From Vulcanimicrobiota bacterium (GTDB lineage Bacteria; Vulcanimicrobiota; Vulcanimicrobiia; Vulcanimicrobiales; Vulcanimicrobiaceae): a stretch of DNA of 64,000 bases. Shown here piece by piece: positions 40,555 to 48,914 of this stretch (positions are counted from its first letter, which is position 1; every line of letters starts with the position of its first letter). The position numbers and the translations under genes were made by a program. Location of the stretch: NCBI GenBank assembly GCA_963777315.1, contig CAVZQC010000004.1, positions 864,001 to 928,000 of the forward strand, written 5' to 3'. The notes below the pieces were generated by a model that worked only from the letters and a program-made list of their open reading frames with translations, searched no databases and was not told the origin of the DNA.

Positions 40555-41427
40555 CTACCATCGCCGCCGCTCGCGAAGGTTATAGTATGCGCGCAAAAAG
40601 CCCGCATGCTGCGCCGCTCCTCGAACGAACCGGCCGCGCCGCGCGAGCGCCGCATCTCCTTTGCCCGGAAGCGCGGCGGCGGCGGCTTGCCATGCGAGCT
40701 CGCCCAGCGCGCGCAGCTCCTTGTGAACCGTCCAGCTCGTTTCATTGTGATACGCGAGCATGAACTGCGCGTACCCTATGCCGTAAAAGTATTGCTGGCG
40801 CCAGTATTGCCCCCACTGCGCGCGGTGCCGGTGCAGTACCAGCGCGCGGGGCTCGTACGCAAATGCGTTGCCGTAGCGTCTTCGCAGCCGCGTATGCAAA
40901 TCGCAGGCGTCGTACGTGGTGTAGCGCTCGTCGAAACCGCCGGCCTCCAGCAAGCAATCGCGGCGGTAAACGATATTGGCCGAGGGAGCAAACGGATACG
41001 TCGGATGCGCGAGATGGCGGCCGGCGTCCAAACCGCCCATGAGGTCGACGAACCGCGCCGCCGGGGTGTGCGAGTCGATGCCGACGGTTTTGCCGGCAGC
41101 CCCCAAGGATGCCCGGTCGGCGCACGCCGCCAGCAGTCGCTGCAGCCACGCGCGTGAGGGCACGCAGTCCGCGTCGGTGAACGCGACCCATTCGCCGCGC
41201 GCCTCTCGCATGCCGCGGTTGCGGGCCGCGGGCGCGCCGCCGTTGCGCTGCGAGATCAGACGCACGTCGAAATGCCGCGCGACGTCGGCGGTCCGGTCGG
41301 TGGACCCGTCGTCGACGACGACGATCTCGAACTCGCTGCATGTCAGCGTTTGGGTTTTCAAGGCGCGCACGCACGCCGCCAGCGTGCCGGCGCCGTTGTA
41401 AACCGGAATCACGACCGAGGCCTTCAC
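40555..41427 (-). CDS. glycosyltransferase family 2
   Basis: SVVIPVYN, VVDDGSTD, AARN, FTDAD, GGFDE. Confidence 0.92.
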   Translation of the reverse strand: MKASVVIPVYNGAGTLAACVRALKTQTLTCSEFEIVVVDDGSTDRTADVARHFDVRLISQRNGGAPAARNRGMREARGEWVAFTDADCVPSRAWLQRLLAACADRASLGAAGKTVGIDSHTPAARFVDLMGGLDAGRHLAHPTYPFAPSANIVYRRDCLLEAGGFDERYTTYDACDLHTRLRRRYGNAFAYEPRALVLHRHRAQWGQYWRQQYFYGIGYAQFMLAYHNETSWTVHKELRALGELAWQAAAAALPGKGDAALARRGRFVRGAAQHAGFLRAYYNLRERRRW

Positions 41428-42326
41428 GTCCACACCCTGCGGCGGCGCGTGCGATACGCCGCCCAAAAGCCCAGCCAAAAGTTGCGCGTCCACAAGCTTT
41501 GGTAGTGAAAGAACTCCAGACGATCGCCGGCACCGCTGCCTGCCGCAGCTGCAATGCGCGCGAAGACCGGGAGCGTAACGCGGCTTGCGAGCATCCAGGC
41601 CAAATGCGCGCTCTTGGCGAGATCCCAACGCAATTCGTCGGGATAGCGCCGATACAGGTCGGCGGCTCCTTCGCCGTACGTCCAAGCCTGACGCGCGAGC
41701 GCGTCGTCCGTCGCACGAGTGCGGTGGTACAGCACGGCACGCTCGGCGTACGCGATCGGCGTGCCGTATGCGCGCAGAATACGATGCGAAAAATCCACGT
41801 CTTCGCCCGTGGACAGATCTTCAGGCCATGCACCCACCGCAAGCGCCGCTTCACGGCGCACCGCCAAATTCAGCGACGGCGCGAACGGAAACGGCGTACG
41901 GCGTATCGCGCGCAGCGTGTCGTACAACCCCGACGCCTGAACGTAACGTTCGGCGGGAGTACTGGGCGGATAGCACAGGGTGTTGCCTGCTACCAACGCC
42001 ACGCTCGGATCGGAAAACGGCACCAGCATTTCGCGCAGCCACCGGCGGCTTGGAACGGTGTCGGCGTCGAGATGCGCGACGATCGAACCGCGTGCGGCGC
42101 GCAGACCGCGGTTTCGCGCCGCCGACGGCCCACGGGTGGTTTCGACCAGCACGGCGGCACCCAGACTGCGCGACACGGCGCCCGTGGCGTCGGTCGACCC
42201 ATTGTCGACGACGATCAGCTCGAACTGCGGAGCACCGGCTTGTGCACGCAGCGCCTTGAGGGCTTCGCCGATTGTGGCCGCGGCGTTGTATGCGGGAATG
42301 ACCACGCTGACGATCGGTTCGGTCAT
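41424..42326 (-). CDS. glycosyltransferase family 2
   Basis: SVVIPAYN, VDNGSTD, SAARN, LDAD, GEDVD. Confidence 0.92.
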   Translation of the reverse strand: MTEPIVSVVIPAYNAAATIGEALKALRAQAGAPQFELIVVDNGSTDATGAVSRSLGAAVLVETTRGPSAARNRGLRAARGSIVAHLDADTVPSRRWLREMLVPFSDPSVALVAGNTLCYPPSTPAERYVQASGLYDTLRAIRRTPFPFAPSLNLAVRREAALAVGAWPEDLSTGEDVDFSHRILRAYGTPIAYAERAVLYHRTRATDDALARQAWTYGEGAADLYRRYPDELRWDLAKSAHLAWMLASRVTLPVFARIAAAAGSGAGDRLEFFHYQSLWTRNFWLGFWAAYRTRRRRVWT

Positions 42327-43315
42327 AGCACTGCATGCTCGAAGATCGGCAGCCAGGCGCGATCGCGGTAAGCATCGTCGCCGACTTCAAAGATCACCCC
42401 GCGCAGAGTCGCCGCACAGCGCGCGGCGCCTTGCAGAATTTCGCGCGCCGCGTCGCGGTCGTTCGGCATGACGATCTGCTTGAGCAGAGTGGGCAGCACT
42501 TCGCCCGATTCCATGGCCGTTGCGCGCGCCGGCTGCGCGGCGCCCTCACGCACGATGCGTACGATGTGCGTGGCCACGGCGTCGGCGATCGCGCCTCCCG
42601 GCACGATGCTCTCCACGCCGACGCGCCGCTTTTCAGTCCATGCCGAGTAGCGCGGCAGGTCTTCGAGATCGTCGATTGCGGAAAACCAGGAAGCGGTGCG
42701 CGGGTGAAGGTTGAACGTTTGCAGTAATCCGATGAGGTGCGATGACTGCAGCCCTCGTCCCAGCAGCAGCTTGTCGTCGCCCAGCGTTTGCCAGCCGTTG
42801 CACAGCAGCGCCGTCGTCAGCGTGCTTTTGCCCCCGCCCGATGGAGCGCACAGGATCGCGCACCGCCCATCTTTGGCAACCGCCGCACCGTGCACCGGCA
42901 CGAATCCTTCGCGGCGCCAGCCCACGGTGCACGCCAGGCCGAGCAGATCTTCCATGTCGCCGATCTCCGGCTCTCCAAAGCGCAGATCCGGTGGAACGGC
43001 AATTTTCCAGCAATCCGATTCAGCTGTGCTGCACGCGGCCGTTATGCCCGATGCCGTCGATGCGACGTACGCATCGCCGTCGCGGTCCACGTTCATACGG
43101 GCGCATCGCAGAAACGAACCGGCTGCGCGCGCACCCTTCGAACCGCGCGCGATCCACACGTCCACTCGACGGCGAGCGCGCATGCGCGCGCTTCCGAACA
43201 AGTCCAAATTCTGCAGCGCGACGGCGGCAAGCCGGTCGTCGCCGGTGTGCACGATCACTTCCAATGGACCGCAATAGCGCGGCTGCATCGGCGTGACGCG
43301 CTCGCGGGCGATCAT
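42323..43315 (-). CDS. HPr-kinase-related P-loop kinase
   Basis: VHGAAV, SGGGKST, LGDD. Confidence 0.8.
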   Translation of the reverse strand: MIARERVTPMQPRYCGPLEVIVHTGDDRLAAVALQNLDLFGSARMRARRRVDVWIARGSKGARAAGSFLRCARMNVDRDGDAYVASTASGITAACSTAESDCWKIAVPPDLRFGEPEIGDMEDLLGLACTVGWRREGFVPVHGAAVAKDGRCAILCAPSGGGKSTLTTALLCNGWQTLGDDKLLLGRGLQSSHLIGLLQTFNLHPRTASWFSAIDDLEDLPRYSAWTEKRRVGVESIVPGGAIADAVATHIVRIVREGAAQPARATAMESGEVLPTLLKQIVMPNDRDAAREILQGAARCAATLRGVIFEVGDDAYRDRAWLPIFEHAVL

Positions 43316-43321
43316 GTTGCG

Positions 43322-43732
43322 CTACTCGGCTAGGGGAATGCTGGGATCGAAGGCGCTGGTGACGAGCGTTTGCAGCGGCTGCGCTTGGCGCTTCATCTCC
43401 GGCGCGACCCACGGCTGCGCTTTGTGCCCCGCTGATGCTTGCGCCGTGGGCGCTGCCTCCACCAAATTCTCGCGCTCGAGCTCGGCCAAGAATTGACGCA
43501 CGGAACCGTCGTTTGCGGGCGCTCCCCACAGGCAGCACTGCTGCTCGATTTGCTCTGCGGTCGCACCGTCGGTTTCGAACAATTGCGTGATGGCCCACGC
43601 GCCGGCGTTGAGATGATAGAAATACTTGGTTTCGAGATCGAGGAGAACGGCGCCGTCTTCAACCACCGTCGCCACGACGGTCGGCCGCAATACGAATCCC
43701 CCTGTTTCCACAAGCGCACAAGAAACCGCCAC
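43322..43732 (-). CDS. PqqD/RRE family protein with C-terminal leader/core-like extension
   Basis: VLLDL....Y.LN..AW.I and V..FL.EL..ENLV RRE pattern; tail WVAPEMKRQAQPLQTLVTSAFDPSIPLAE; GAGG RBS. Confidence 0.82.
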   Translation of the reverse strand: MAVSCALVETGGFVLRPTVVATVVEDGAVLLDLETKYFYHLNAGAWAITQLFETDGATAEQIEQQCCLWGAPANDGSVRQFLAELERENLVEAAPTAQASAGHKAQPWVAPEMKRQAQPLQTLVTSAFDPSIPLAE

Positions 43733-43778
43733 GTTGTCTTACCTCGCCTCTTCGTCCGAATGGTTTTGAATTGCACTT

Positions 43779-43784
43779 ATTATA
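43779..43784 (-). promoter_or_regulatory. putative sigma70 -10 element of the RRE operon
   Basis: Perfect TATAAT 46 nt upstream of the GTG in an AT-rich stretch. Confidence 0.5.
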
Positions 43785-43922
43785 GACCGGGCGGCGAACC
43801 CGCATCAGTAGCGCGCGGCACCGTCCCGCTAGGACGGGCGACCCAGCAATAAGCACGAGGTTCCTGCGGAACGGACCATCGCTTCGACCGGAGAAGCGGG
43901 TCGAGGGTAGAAACGGTCGTTC

Positions 43923-44936
43923 GTGCTGCTGTTGGGAATCGAGACGTCCTGCGACGACACCGCCACGGCCGTCGTGCAGAACGGGCGCCGAGTTGCCGCC
44001 GGCGTTTCCACCAATCAGGACGTTTTTCACCGCAAGTACGGCGGAATCGTTCCGGAGATCGCCGGCCGTGCGCACGTCGCCTTACTGTCCGCCGCGATGG
44101 AAGATGCAGTCCAGCGCGCCGGAACCAGCCTGCAGGACATCGACGGAATCGCCGTCACCAAAGGTCCCGGCCTCGTGGGCAGTTTGGTCGTCGGCGTTGC
44201 GGCCGCCAAAGCGCTGGCTTTTGCGCTCGACAAGCCGCTGTACGGCGTCAATCATCTGCACGGTCATATCTTTGCCGCCTTTCTGGACACTGACGTCGTC
44301 CCGAGCTATCCCTTTCTCGCACTGCTCGTGTCCGGCGGCCATTCACAGCTGGTCGAAGTGGAAAGCGCGACGGTCATGAGCGTCATAGGCCGTACCAAAG
44401 ACGACGCTGCCGGTGAAGCGTACGATAAGACCGCGCGGCTTCTCGGTCTGGGATTTCCGGGTGGCCCTGCGCTCGACGAGCTGGCCGGCCGCGGCAACCC
44501 CGGGGCGATACCGTTTCCGCGCCACCGTGCAAGTCCGGGTTCATTGGACATGTCCTTTTCCGGACTGAAGACCTCGGTGCGCTATTACTTGGAATCCGCG
44601 CAGAAGCCCCGGGTTTCGAAAGCCGACGTCGCCGCGTCGTTTCAGTCGGCCGTGGTGGACGTGCTGATCAGCCGCGTGCGCGCCGCCTTCGAGCGCCGCG
44701 CATACACCTCGATCGTGCTGTCCGGGGGAGTCGCTGCGAATTCCGCACTCAGCCGCGCGCTTCGCGACTGGAGCGCCGCCACCGGAATCCCCGCCTTCAT
44801 TCCGCCGCCGAAGTACTGTACCGACAACGCGGCGATGATCGCCGCCGCCGCGTATGCGCAAGGGCAGGCCGTTCGAGCCGATGCGATGACGCTCACGGCG
44901 GATCCGAATCTTCCGTTCGAACTGGAAACTCCGTAA
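43923..44936 (+). CDS. tsaD: tRNA N6-threonylcarbamoyladenosine transferase TsaD
   Basis: LGIETSCDDT, GGIVPE, HLHGH, VSGGHS, SFSGLKT, TDNAAMIA. Confidence 0.97.
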   Translation: MLLLGIETSCDDTATAVVQNGRRVAAGVSTNQDVFHRKYGGIVPEIAGRAHVALLSAAMEDAVQRAGTSLQDIDGIAVTKGPGLVGSLVVGVAAAKALAFALDKPLYGVNHLHGHIFAAFLDTDVVPSYPFLALLVSGGHSQLVEVESATVMSVIGRTKDDAAGEAYDKTARLLGLGFPGGPALDELAGRGNPGAIPFPRHRASPGSLDMSFSGLKTSVRYYLESAQKPRVSKADVAASFQSAVVDVLISRVRAAFERRAYTSIVLSGGVAANSALSRALRDWSAATGIPAFIPPPKYCTDNAAMIAAAAYAQGQAVRADAMTLTADPNLPFELETP

Positions 44937-46498
44937 TGCGCGCGGTCCGCGTCGCCATGCTCGCGCTGCTGTTCGCTCCGGTCGCGTGCGCGAAGCAACA
45001 GTCCACGCCGCCGGCAATCTCCACGCTTTCGATCGCGCAGCAGCGCGAACCCATGTCGCTCAATCCTGCGCTCGAAAACGGGCAATCCTCGACCGAGTGG
45101 GGGTTTTTACTGTTCTCCTACTTAGTCAAATACGACGATCGCGGGAAGTTGATCGGCGACGTTGCAACGCAAGCGCCCTCGGTGCAAAACGGCGGCATCA
45201 GCAAAGACGGGCTGACCGTAACCTATCATCTGCGTAAGGGCGTGCGTTTCGCCGACGGAACGCCGCTGACGGCGCGCGACTGCGTCTGGTCGATAAACGC
45301 GGTCAACGATCCGGCAAACAACGTGCAGTCGCGCTACGGTTACGATCGCGTCGCTTCCGCGCGCGCCCCTAACGACACCACCCTCGTCCTTCATCTCAAG
45401 GAGCCGTTTGCGCCGCTGCTCACGCTGGTGCTGGCGCCGCAAGGGTTCCCGATTCTGCCCCGGCACCTGCTCGCCAAATATCACGACTTCAATCACATTC
45501 CGTTCGACGGCCAGCCCGTGGGCTCCGGACCGTACGTCGTCGAGCGCTGGATTCGCGGCGACCGCGTGATCATGCATGCCGACCCGTACTATTTCAAAGG
45601 CAAGCCGCGCATCCCCCGGCTGACGATCCGGTTCGTTCCGGACGCTCAAACGGCCACGAATCTCCTGCAGACGCGCGAGGTGCAAGGCTACTTCAACGAG
45701 CAGGATTACTCTCAGTATCCGTTGCTGGAACGCATACCGGGATACCGGATTTACAAGATACCGGTTTCGGGCGTCGGCGCAATCATCTTCAACACCCAGC
45801 GCGTCTCGGATCCGCAGGTGCGGCACGCTTTGGCCGAAGCGATGGACGTCCCCACTCTCGTGCGCAAAGCCTATCGCGGCGCAGTCGAAAGCGCGCACCC
45901 GGGCGGCGGCCTGTTTTTCTGGGCGTACGATCCAGCCGTATATCCCGATATTCCGTACGATCCGGCCTTCGCGCGGCGCGTTCTTTCCGGGCGAAAGCTC
46001 GATTTACAGCTGATCATCCAGGCGGCCACGCCAGGCGACGCAATACTGGCCAACAGCATCGTTCAGTACGAGCGCGAGGCAGGCGTCCACGTTACGATCA
46101 AGCAGTTCAACATCACGCAGTTCGTTGCGCCGGCGAGTGAAGGCGGCCCCGTCTACGGCGGCAAATTCGACATGGCTCTGTACGATTTCGTCAATGGCGA
46201 CGATCCCGACACGACCGATCAGTTTGCCTGCGCCAACGTTCCCCCGCACGGTTACAACAAATCGCGCATCTGCGATCGGCGAATCGACGCGTTGCTCATG
46301 GCCGGACATTCGACGTTCGACGTGCAAAAGCGCATCGCGATATACAAACGGCTTCAGCGGCTGCTGTACCGGGAGCTGCCGATCATGCTGACGGATCAGC
46401 GCCGCGAAATCAGCGCGTTCACCGCGCAGTTGCACGGCGTGACCGGATCGACCGACAGCATTTTTTGGAACGTCGGCGATTGGACGCTGGGCGGTTAG
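44936..46498 (+). CDS. peptide ABC transporter substrate-binding lipoprotein (family 5)
   Basis: Lipobox PVAC, LRKGVRFADG.PLTA.D, GSGPY, VRHAL. Confidence 0.9.
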   Translation: MRAVRVAMLALLFAPVACAKQQSTPPAISTLSIAQQREPMSLNPALENGQSSTEWGFLLFSYLVKYDDRGKLIGDVATQAPSVQNGGISKDGLTVTYHLRKGVRFADGTPLTARDCVWSINAVNDPANNVQSRYGYDRVASARAPNDTTLVLHLKEPFAPLLTLVLAPQGFPILPRHLLAKYHDFNHIPFDGQPVGSGPYVVERWIRGDRVIMHADPYYFKGKPRIPRLTIRFVPDAQTATNLLQTREVQGYFNEQDYSQYPLLERIPGYRIYKIPVSGVGAIIFNTQRVSDPQVRHALAEAMDVPTLVRKAYRGAVESAHPGGGLFFWAYDPAVYPDIPYDPAFARRVLSGRKLDLQLIIQAATPGDAILANSIVQYEREAGVHVTIKQFNITQFVAPASEGGPVYGGKFDMALYDFVNGDDPDTTDQFACANVPPHGYNKSRICDRRIDALLMAGHSTFDVQKRIAIYKRLQRLLYRELPIMLTDQRREISAFTAQLHGVTGSTDSIFWNVGDWTLGG

Positions 46499-46635
46499 CC
46501 GCCCGGACTTTCGACTCCGCCCTCGAGCGCGGGACACTGAACCCCGGACTCGCCGCAGATTTTGCAGTGACGTCCTTCATGTGCTTGCATCGGATGGCCG
46601 CAGCCCGGGCAAGTGGTCGTTTCCACGTCGTGCAT
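46495..46635 (-). CDS. small Cys/His metal-binding protein (46 aa)
   Basis: MHDVETTTCPGCGHPMQAHEGRHCKICGESGVQCP...; SigF-like promoter 9 nt upstream. Confidence 0.55.
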   Translation of the reverse strand: MHDVETTTCPGCGHPMQAHEGRHCKICGESGVQCPALEGGVESPGG

Positions 46636-46676
46636 GCGGTGCTCGTACCCACATCGCCGGCTTGACGACACCGGCG

Positions 46677-47819
46677 TCATGCTGATGCCTCGTATGCCCA
46701 GCGCATGATGCCGCCGGCCAGCACGCGGTGCTCGAGCGGGTGCAGGCGTTCGACGATCGCTTCCTGCGTTTCGCCGTCGGCCAGCGCCAGCGGTTTGCGC
46801 ACCAAAATCGGACCGCGATCGGCCTGCGGCATCACGCGATGGCACGACGCGCCCACCCAGCGGCTTCCCCACGCGAGCGCGTCCGCAACTGCACGCGCGC
46901 CGCGAAATGCCGGCGTCGTCGAGCCGTCGGGATAAGTAACCTCGTCGGCAAGCGGATCGAGCGGCAAGAATGCCGGATGAATGTTGATCGTTTCGGGCAG
47001 CGAGCTGATGAACCGGTGTTCGAGCAGATGCATCCATCCGAGCAGCAGCACGAGGTCCGGTTCCTCGCGCCGGACGAGGTCGAAAAGCGCCGCATCATAC
47101 TGCCCCCGAGACTGCGCGGTCCGATCCCAGGGCAAGGCGACGGCGTGGATGCCGGCGTCTCGCGCTCGCTGCAGCGCGTAAGCCGCGGCGTTGTTGCTAA
47201 TCAGCGCGGCAATGCGCAGCGGAAGACGGTTCGCGCGAGCACCGTCGACGACCGCTTGAAAATTGCTGCCGTTTCCCGAAGCAAGGACGACCGCGCGATG
47301 CAATGGTCGCCGCCATAACGCTTTATCGAATGTTTCCGCGATAACGGCGGCGCAATGCCGCTCGTAATACGCGATGAGCTTTTCGTGTCCAACTGCCGGT
47401 ATCAGTGCGCGAGCGTAACCCAAGTGGGCCAGCGACGCAAGGGCAGCGATCAAGAGATGCGGGCCTATTCCCGATCCGCGAAATTCACTCGCGACGCCGA
47501 AGGGCCCGAAAATGCCTACCTGCGGCGCGCGCCCCAACCCGTTCAGCCAGGCAAAGCGCAATCCACGCGGATCGTAGCTCGCAAATCCGGCAAAACGGCG
47601 CCCGCGCATGGCCACAACGCTGCTTGCGGCATAGGCTTCCGAGCTCCACGTTCCCCCGAATTCATCGTCGAGCCACGCCAAAAATTCACCGCTTCCGGGC
47701 GTAACTCGCTCGAGCGAAAACCCCGCATCTTCGATCGCGCCGGCCGCTTTCGCATACCGATCCTCACCGAACTGCCCGTTCTGCAGTTCGACCACCAGAT
47801 TGACCATCGCATCGGTCAT
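46677..47819 (-). CDS. purN: GNAT acetyltransferase fused to phosphoribosylglycinamide formyltransferase
   Basis: GPFGV..FRGSGIG GNAT motif A; then LASGNGSNFQA, INIHP, G.SCH, D.GPI. Confidence 0.88.
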   Translation of the reverse strand: MTDAMVNLVVELQNGQFGEDRYAKAAGAIEDAGFSLERVTPGSGEFLAWLDDEFGGTWSSEAYAASSVVAMRGRRFAGFASYDPRGLRFAWLNGLGRAPQVGIFGPFGVASEFRGSGIGPHLLIAALASLAHLGYARALIPAVGHEKLIAYYERHCAAVIAETFDKALWRRPLHRAVVLASGNGSNFQAVVDGARANRLPLRIAALISNNAAAYALQRARDAGIHAVALPWDRTAQSRGQYDAALFDLVRREEPDLVLLLGWMHLLEHRFISSLPETINIHPAFLPLDPLADEVTYPDGSTTPAFRGARAVADALAWGSRWVGASCHRVMPQADRGPILVRKPLALADGETQEAIVERLHPLEHRVLAGGIMRWAYEASA

Positions 47820-48853
47820 TCGCCCGAGCGGGCAGGATGGACGACGACTTGCGGCTCGTCGCCGCGCCGTTTTTCGATCCAGCCGACGACTTTGGCCCCC
47901 TGTGCGGCGGCAACGGCATCCGGCGCGTCCGCCATCGAGACGATGAGCGTGTACCCGATGCCCATATTGAAGGTGCGGTAGCGCTCCTGCCGATCCAATT
48001 CACCGCGACGGCACAGTTCGGCAATCAGCGGCGGAACGCGCCAGCGCGACTGCTCGAAGATCGCTTTGACGCTCGAGGGCAGCGTGCGGGGAACGTTTTC
48101 AAGCAATCCTCCGCCGGTGATGTGCGACATCGCTTTGACTTTTGCAACGCGTTGAACGGCGCGCACGTCGCGGTAATATGACGGATGTTCGGCCAGCAGC
48201 GCATCGCCGAACGTCGCGCCGCCAAAGGCAGCATGGTATTCGGCAGGCTCGATGAGCTCTCGCGCGAGCGTGTAACCGTTGGTGTGCAATCCGCGCGCCG
48301 GCAGGCCGACGACTGCATCGCCCGGCTGCACGTCGCGCGGATCCGGCACGTCGGCCCTATCGACGATGCCCACCATCGTACCGGCCAAATCGAAATGTCC
48401 GGGTTGGTAAAGCCCGGGCATCTCGGCAGTTTCGCCCCCCAGCAGCGCGCAGTGATTCTCGCGGCAAGCCGCAAAGCATCCTTGCACCACTTGCGCGGCA
48501 ACGTGCGGGTCCAACGCACCTACGGCAAAGTAATCCAAGAAAAAAAGCGGCGTTGCATTGACTACCAAGATATCGTTGACGCAGTGGTTGACCAGGTCGG
48601 CGCCTACCGTATCGTAGCGCTGCAGGGCCGCGGCGATCAGGATTTTGGTGCCCACGCCGTCGGTCGAGGCAGCCAGCGCGCGAGCGCCGTCGCCCGGGAT
48701 GCGGAACAGGCCGCCGAAGCCGCCGATGGCGTCGAGCTGGTCGGGGTGACGCCAGCCCCGCGTTACTTCCTTATAAAGCGCGACGGCCCGGTTCCCCGCC
48801 GCGATGTCGACGCCGGCGCGCGCGTACGCATCCTTACGAGGGTTGAAGGTCAC
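47816..48853 (-). CDS. purM: phosphoribosylformylglycinamidine cyclo-ligase
   Basis: YARAGVDI, TDGVGTK, GGETAEMP, GLHTNG, HITGGG, TFNMG. Confidence 0.96.
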   Translation of the reverse strand: MTFNPRKDAYARAGVDIAAGNRAVALYKEVTRGWRHPDQLDAIGGFGGLFRIPGDGARALAASTDGVGTKILIAAALQRYDTVGADLVNHCVNDILVVNATPLFFLDYFAVGALDPHVAAQVVQGCFAACRENHCALLGGETAEMPGLYQPGHFDLAGTMVGIVDRADVPDPRDVQPGDAVVGLPARGLHTNGYTLARELIEPAEYHAAFGGATFGDALLAEHPSYYRDVRAVQRVAKVKAMSHITGGGLLENVPRTLPSSVKAIFEQSRWRVPPLIAELCRRGELDRQERYRTFNMGIGYTLIVSMADAPDAVAAAQGAKVVGWIEKRRGDEPQVVVHPARSGE

Positions 48854-48914
48854 GGGGCAGAATCCAATGCAGTCGCCATTGCGGCCGTAGATTTCTCCCT
48901 CGGAAAGGTTGACC

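Noticed and set aside
36706..43732. Canonical lasso peptide gene cluster
   Set aside because: No asparagine-synthetase-like cyclase in the window and no core with Asp/Glu at position 7-9; no separate precursor ORF evident in 43733-43922
40555..43732. Mycofactocin or PQQ biosynthesis
   Set aside because: No radical SAM enzyme, no MftA/PqqA-like precursor and no pqqB/C
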